From Pseudovirgaria hyperparasitica (taxonomy: Eukaryota), in assembly GCA_010093815.1 (NCBI GenBank), contig ML996572.1: DNA of 64,000 nt, one strand, 5' to 3'. This document shows, piece by piece, positions 63,790 to 64,000 of this stretch (position 1 is its first letter; every line of letters begins with the position of its first letter). The position numbers and the translations under genes were made by a program. The notes under the pieces are model-generated. The model was given only the letters and a program-made list of their open reading frames with translations, was not told the origin of the DNA and did no database searches.

Positions 63790-63999
63790 TTAGCCTCTGG
63801 TTGTCGCTGGTTCTATGAGAAATCTGTGTTTCTCTGATAACCTCGCACTACGACGAGGTTGCTGAACAGCTTGTTCAACGGCTGGACTAGTGCCCCTGGC
63901 CTTCGTGGACTGAGTATTATTAACAACTTCTACCCCCACTCTGCCTTGCTCCAGAGATTCGACACGACTAGCAGTCGCGCGGGCCTTGCGACTTTTCCG
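63790..63999 (-). CDS. 3' part of an unidentified ORF entering from the right edge (basic, contains PRRSARL)
   Basis: Open frame RKSRKARA...QQPRRSARLSEK...RG*; start lies outside the window. Confidence 0.45.
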   Translation of the reverse strand, partial: RKSRKARATASRVESLEQGRVGVEVVNNTQSTKARGTSPAVEQAVQQPRRSARLSEKHRFLIEPATTRG

Positions 64000-64000
64000 A

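Overview
Filamentous-ascomycete genomic DNA. Positions 1-~56,190 are one AT-rich block of nested retroelements degraded by RIP (CpA/TpG depleted, TpA enriched). Target-site duplications resolve most of it. A Ty1/Copia element is the host. Into it, or into each other, are inserted four copies of Ty3/Gypsy chromovirus family 'A' (228-bp LTRs), two copies of a related family 'B' (238-bp LTRs) and three Tad1-like LINEs. After ~56.9 kb the sequence is ordinary gene-bearing DNA: a single-pass membrane protein, a GT31/Fringe-like glycosyltransferase, a secreted SurE-like phosphatase and a partial ORF at the right edge. Main finding: between pol and the 3' LTR, both Gypsy families carry an antisense gene with three introns. 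Reversing RIP by eye, it encodes a six-Cys Zn2Cys6-like cluster ending C-L-Q at an intron, plus a C-terminal coiled coil, with the same intron phases (0/2/0) in both families. Most of the Cys residues are inferred from Tyr codons. Second finding: the LINEs have the same ~31-35 bp palindrome immediately before the ORF1 ATG and overlapping the ORF2 stop. Both Gypsy families also show Tf1-type self-priming complementarity instead of a tRNA primer site.
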